The notes under the pieces: generated by a model
What the model was told of the DNA's origin: nothing
What the model saw: the letters and a program-made list of their open reading frames with translations, nothing else
The model's database searches: none
Part shown: piece after piece, positions 58,100-64,000 of the stretch
Layout of the letters: each line of letters opens with the position of its first letter
How positions within the stretch are numbered: position 1 is the stretch's first letter
Made by a program: the position numbers and the translations under genes
Assembly: GCF_009914755.1 (NCBI RefSeq)
Contig: NC_060937.1
DNA: 64,000 nt
Direction: 5' to 3' (one strand)
From: the human T2T-CHM13v2.0 reference genome, Homo sapiens

Positions 58100-61000
58100 T
58101 AATAATTGCCATTCTGACTGGTATGACTTGGTATCTTATTGTGGTTTCGATTTGCATTTCTCTGATGATTAGTGATGTTGAACATTTTATCGTATGTTTA
58201 TTGGCCACTTACGCATCTTCTTTGGAGAAGTGTCTGCTCATATCTTTTGTCCATTTTTTAATGGCAGTTATTTGGTTTTTGCTTGTTGAATTGTTTGAGT
58301 CCCTTGGATGGTAGACCCTTGTGGGATGCATAGTTTGTAAATATTTTCTCCCATTCTATAGGTTGACTGTTTACTCTGTTGAATCTGGTTTGTTTTTGTT
58401 TTTTTTGCTGTGCAGAGGCTCTTTACTTTAATTAGATCCCACTTGTCAATTTTTGGTTTTGCTGTAATTGCTTTTAAGGACTCAGTCATAAATTTCCCAA
58501 GCCAATGTCCGAAATAGTGTTTTCTTCTAGAATTCTTATGGTTTTAGGTCTTACATTTGAGTCATTAATCCATCTTGAGTTAATTTTTGCATATGGTGAA
58601 AGGTAGGGGTCCAGTTTAATTCTTCTGCATATGGCCAGTCAGCTATCCCAGCACCGTTTATTGAATAGGAAGTCCTTTCCCCATTGCTTAGTTTTGTCTA
58701 CTCTGTCAAAAATCACATGGCTGTAGGTGTGTGCCTTTATTTCTTGGTTCTTTATTCTGTTCCATTGGTCTGTGTGTCTGTTTTTGTGCCCATACCATGC
58801 TGTTTTGGTTACTGTAGCCTTATAGTATAGTTTGAAGTCAAGTAATGTGATGCATCTGGCATTGTTCTTTTTGCTTAGGATAGCTTTGACTACTCAGGCT
58901 TTTTTGGTTCCATATGAATTTTAGAATAGTTTTTTTTCTAATTCTGTGAAAAATAGCATTGGTATTTTGATAGGAATAATGTTGAATCTGTAGATTGCTT
59001 TGGGCCATATGGCTATCTTAACAATATTGTTTCTTCCAATCCATGAGCATGGAATGTTTTTCCATTTGCTTGTGTCATCTATGATTCCTTTCAGCAGGGT
59101 TTTGGAGTCATACTTGTAGAGATCTTTTACCTCCTTTGTTAGATGTATTCTTATTTTATTTTTTGTGGCTATTGTAAATGGGATTGTTCTTCATTTGGCT
59201 CTTAGCTTAAATGTTATTGGTGTATAGAAATGCTACTTTTCTGTACATTGATTTTATATCTTGAAACATTACTGAAATGGTTTATCAGTTTCAGGAGTCT
59301 TTGGGGTTTTCTAGGTATAGAATTCTAGGTTTAGAATTATATCATTGGTGAAGAGAGGTAGTTTGACTCCGTCTTTTCCTGTTTAGATTCCTTTTATTTA
59401 TTTCTATCATCTGATTGCTCTGGCTAGGACTCCCAGTACTATGTTGAATAGGAGTGGTCAGAGTGGGCATCCTTTTCTTGTTCCAATTCTTAGAGACAAT
59501 GCTTCCAGCTTTTGCCCATTCATTATGATGTTGAATGTGGGTTAGTCATAGATGCCTCTTATAATTTTGGGGTATGTTTCTTCAGTGCCTAGTTTGTTGA
59601 GACTTTTTATCAAGAAGGGATTTTGGATTTTATCAAAAGCTTTTTCCACATCTATTGAGACGATCATATATGGGTTTGTTTTTAATTCTATTTATGTAGT
59701 GAATCACATTTATTGATTTTCCTATGTTGAACCAACCTTGCCTACGAGGAATGCAGCCTATTTGACTGTGGTGAATTAACTTTTTGATGTGCTGCTGGAT
59801 TCAGTTTGCTAGTACTCTGTTGAGGATTGTTTTGGTCTATGTTCATCAGGAATATTGGCCTGTAGTTTTCTTTTTTTCATAGTGTTTTTGCTAGATTTTA
59901 GTATCAGGGTGATACTGTCTGCATAGGCTGAGTTAGAGAGGAGTTCCTTCTCAATTTTTTGGAATTGTTTCAGTAGAACTGGTACCATCTCTTCTTTGCA
60001 CTTCTGGCAAGTTTGGCTGTGAATCCATCATATCCAGGACTTTTTTTGATTGATAGGTTTTTATTACTAGATCAATTTCAGAACTCAATATTGATCCATT
60101 CAGAGTTTCAATTTCTTCCTGATTTCATCTTGGGAGGTTGTGTGTTTCCAGCAATGTATCCATTTCCTCCAGATTTTCTAGTTTGTGTGCATAGAGGTTT
60201 TCATAATAGTCTGTGAGGATCTTTTGTATTTCTGTGAGATTGGCTGTAATGTCACCTTTGTCATTTCTGATGCTGCTTATTTGGATCTTCTCTTTTTTAC
60301 TTTGTTAATGTAGCTAGCATTCTATCAATCTTCTTTATCATTTCAGAGAACCAACTTTTGTTTTCATTGACCCTTTGTATGAATTTTTGTTTCTCAATTT
60401 CATTCACTTCTGCTCTGACTTATTTCTTTTCTTCTGCTAACTTGGGGTTAGTTTGTTCTTTTTCCACCTCCTTTAGATGTGATATTAGATCATTAATTTG
60501 AGATCCTTCTTTTTGAGATAGGCGTTTAGTGCTATAAACTTTCCTCTGAACACTGTTTTTGCTGCGTCTCACAGATTTTGATATCTTGTGTCTCTGTTTT
60601 CATTTACTTCAAAGAATTTTGTGATTTCTGCCTTAATTTCGCTTTTTATCCAAAAGAGCAAAGAGCAAGCTGTTTAATTTACATATAATTGTGTGGTTTT
60701 GCTAAACCTTTCAATTGTATTTTGAAATTCCTTTGATGAGTTTTTCAGTTCCAGAAGCTCTGATTCAATTCAAGATATTTATCTCTTCCTTCATTTCTTG
60801 GATTGCTTTAGTAGTTTCTTTGTGTTGATTTTCAACCTTGTCTTGGAACTCATTAGGCTTCCTTGCAACTCATGGTTTGAATTCTTCATATGCCATTTCT
60901 GAATTTCCATTTTGTTAAGAACCAGTGCTGGAGAGCTAGTATAATTTTTTTGTGGTGTCACTATACTCAGATTTTTCATGATGCCAGAGTTCTTACTCAG

Positions 61001-61599
61001 GTTCCTTATCATCTGGAGACACTGGTAGTTTTAATTTTTATAATTATTTTTGTGCAGTTAAGAAATTTTTCTTTTCTTTCTTTATGATATTACTGTTTTC
61101 TTCTTTTTCTCTTTCCCCTTATCCCTAGGGAGTGTGACTGTAGAAAATGTTGGGTAGGGTCTCTTGACTTTGCCTCTATAGCCCTATGCACTTCCATTGG
61201 CAGGTTTTATACTGGGCTATGCGGTTTGACCTGCAAGCCTGTAGATGGCACTTATGGGTAATTGCTGGCTGTGGCCAATCTGGCTGGGTATATACGTGAT
61301 CCTTATTTACTGGGAGAAGCTCTCTGTTGCCTCAGGCAATGGGCTGATCTGTGTAGTGCACAGTGGTCTGACCTCCCTGCTCAGCCCAGGGAAGAAGGGG
61401 CCACCACGGGTAGGACCAGACCAGGCAGGCCTGCCTACAAGTCCACCAACGGCAGGCACAAGCACCACCACTGGGGGAATCCAGTGGGCAGCCACCAAGT
61501 GCCCAGAGGTGTGCCTAGGAGTTTCCCAGTGTGCCTGGGAAGCCTCCTCAGCCTTAAGTTCTCTGTATGAGTTGGGGGTTGGGGCTGTGGCCTAAACTC

Positions 61600-62890
61600 A
61601 TAATCCAGGAGCATGGGTGTTCCTGATGTCTGGAGATCTGCCTGGGCATGAAGTGGAAAGGGCTCTCCTGCACCCAGATCTCTGCACAGGAAAGATGGGG
61701 TGGTGCAGGCTGCCAATCTGGGCAAGCAGGTACTTTGAATGCCTTGGGATGGAGCAGAGAGGATCTCCCTCTACCAGAATCTCTGCACAGGAATGGTGGG
61801 GTGGATCAAGCTGCTGATACAGGTAATTGGATGCTCTGATGCCTGGAGATCTGCCTGGGTGTTAGGCAGAGAGGGTCCTGCTTCATCACAGTCTCTGCAC
61901 AGGAAGGATGGGGCAGCTCAGGATGCTGGTCCAGGTGAATGGGTGCTCTGAATGCCTGGAGAGCTGCCTGGGTTAGAATGGAAAAGGCCTTGGTGCACCA
62001 CAATCTATATGCAGGAAGGGTGGAGCAGCTCAGGCTGTCAATCCAGGTAAGCAGGTACTTTGAAGGCCTGGAGATCTGCCTGGGCATAGAGAAGAGAGGA
62101 CCCTACTTTACCACAATCTCTGCACAGGAAGCATGGAGTGGTCAGGCTGCTAATCCAGGTGGATGGATGCTTCAACTACCTAGAAATCTGCCTGGGTGTT
62201 GAGTTGAGAGGGTCCCCACTATACTAAGATCTATGTTCAGGAAGGGTTGGTGGCTTATGCTGCTGACAGGTTGGTGGGTACTCTGAATGCCTGGTGTATT
62301 TGCATTGCTATGAAGGAATACCTGAGGTGGAGTAATTTCTAAAGAAAAGAGGTTTATTTTGGCTCACAATTCTATAGGCTGTACAAGAAGCATAGTGCCA
62401 GCATCTGCTCCCGGTGAGGGCTCAGGAAGCTTCCAATTATAATGGAAGGCAAACGGGGAGCTGGTGTATCACACAGTGAGAGAGGGAGTGAGGGAGAGGG
62501 GTAGGAAGTGCCACACTCTTTTAAACAACCAGATCTTGCATGAACTCAGATTGAGAACTCACTCATTACTGCAAGGAGGGGGCCAAGTTACTCATGAGGG
62601 CTCCACTCCCATGATCCAAACACCTTACACCAGGCCCCAGTCCAACACTGGAAATTATATTTTAACATGAGTTTTGGAGGGGACAAACATCTAAACCATA
62701 TTACCTGGAGATCTGCCTAGGCGTGAAGCAGAAAAGGCCCCCCTGCACCAGGATCTCTGCAAAGGAAGGGTGAGGTGACTATGGCTGCTTGTCCAGGCAA
62801 GTGGATACTCTCGGAACGCCTGGAGATCTGCCTGGGAATGGAGCGGAGAAGGCCCTGCTGCACGATGATCTAGGGGAGCAGGCTGAGGCA
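61600..62890 (-). repeat. ~112-bp tandem monomer array in the L1 5' UTR (about 8 units)
   Basis: tggagatctgcctggg-type core at ~61631, 61844, 61957, 62069, 62181, 62706 and 62821, plus a degenerate copy at ~61741. Confidence 0.88.
62295..62703 (-). mobile_element. MST (MaLR) solo LTR inserted in the L1 5' UTR array
   Basis: tgtatttgcattgctatgaaggaatacctgag...ggacaaacatctaaaccatatta; 5-bp TSD cctgg at 62290-62294 and 62704-62708. Confidence 0.92.
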
Positions 62891-64000
62891 CCCAACAACA
62901 ATACACTCAGACCAGTTCCAGGTCACCAAGCCGGTCCTGGCTGCAAGTCTCATCACCCAGGAGAAACTGCAGCTGTAGCAGCTCTCTGGCTGCCCCAGGC
63001 CTATGACAGGGAAGAACACAATTCCAGTACCGACTGCTGAGGCACTTTCCACCATTCTGGCTATGGAGGCCCCTACCCTACTCCAGAGCAGATGTTCCTA
63101 TCTCTGGCCCAAGACTAAAATGCCTGTGTGGCTACACTGCCAGGTCACCAAAGAATGACTGATTTTGTATGTGCCTGGATTAAAAATAGCATGCTGCTCC
63201 TGGTCTTGAGTCTGAGAAAATACCTGCAGCTTTTCCTGGTGTCTGTCCCTCTCAGCATCTCCAAGCCACTTTCCAAGTTAGCTTCAGGGCTTCAGAGAAA
63301 GAAAGTGCTCCTCCCTCGCCCTGGGTCACTCACATCCCCAGTGGAGAGGTGAGTCACAGAAGGAGGCTTCCTGCCACTCTTAAACAGAGGGGCTTCATCG
63401 CTTTTATCAGCCAGGTGCCATCTTGGGGGCTATTTGCCTGCATTCTCATCCCCAGCATCTGGGATGTCATTCATGACTTGGGTGGATTCCCGTTTTTCTT
63501 CTTGAATTAAAGCTCAGAGAGTTGATCTTTATGCACTATTCTGCTATTTCCAAGTGGCTGAGGTGTGCTAAAAACTCTAGTGACGTATTCTAATGACTTA
63601 TTTTTCTTTAAAGAATCAGTCAAACAGTAGTTGTCCCTAAACTGTCTACTCCTGTAAAATGTCTCTACCAAAAGTGAATGCTCCTTGGCCTGTAAGAGGA
63701 TGTTTTTCTCCTTGTGAGATTTCCATAGAATTTGGACACATGCTCATGACCAAATTGCCTGAATGTTCTTTTAACTAAGTAGAGATGACTGTTTTCCCAT
63801 GTGATATCTAATGAGTAGCAACAGAGTCACAGCATGAAGGTAGATTTGTCTGACTCCAAAATCTGGGCCTCTAAGTATTCTAATTGGCCTCTCACTTCAT
63901 TCCATTCTCATCCCACAAAGTTTGTGACTGACAATCCCACTTCTCCAATAAAACTGTTCTCTGTAAGTTCTATCAGTCAGGACACTGGGCACACCCTAAC

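Noticed and set aside
61600-62890. Regularly spaced conserved cores resembling a CRISPR array
   Set aside because: The sequences between cores are homologous to each other rather than unique spacers. The array is within an L1 5' UTR in primate DNA with no cas genes.

Overview
Primate, almost certainly human, genomic DNA: AT-rich, CpG-depleted, with about 16 Alus plus L1, L2, MIR, LTR and DNA-transposon relics. The only supported protein-coding sequence is the last coding exon of the Ras-family GTPase RAP2A (+ strand, 12521-12758, ending in CCSACNIQ). It is preceded by the end of its intron (1-12520) and followed by a 3' UTR of about 3.5-4.7 kb with several poly(A) signals. Downstream is intergenic DNA containing a processed PSMA6 pseudogene (~24030-24960), a solo LTR18, a young AluYa-lineage insertion and a nested MER44/MER1A transposon stack. 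It ends with an internally deleted old L1 (~56765-63586) whose 5' UTR holds a ~112-bp monomer array. I found no CRISPR array, RNA gene or new multi-gene system. The most unusual signals are: (i) a ~100-bp copy of the neighbouring L1 inserted 3 kb away inside a MER44, sharing private variants that form an AP-1 site; (ii) a second ~60-bp dispersed duplication and four tandem duplications; (iii) an antisense Alu inserted at the distal RAP2A poly(A) site, whose tail supplies a GU/U-rich downstream element; (iv) a doubly truncated Alu near the RAP2A acceptor. Repeat subfamily names come from recalled consensus sequences, and repeat edges are approximate.
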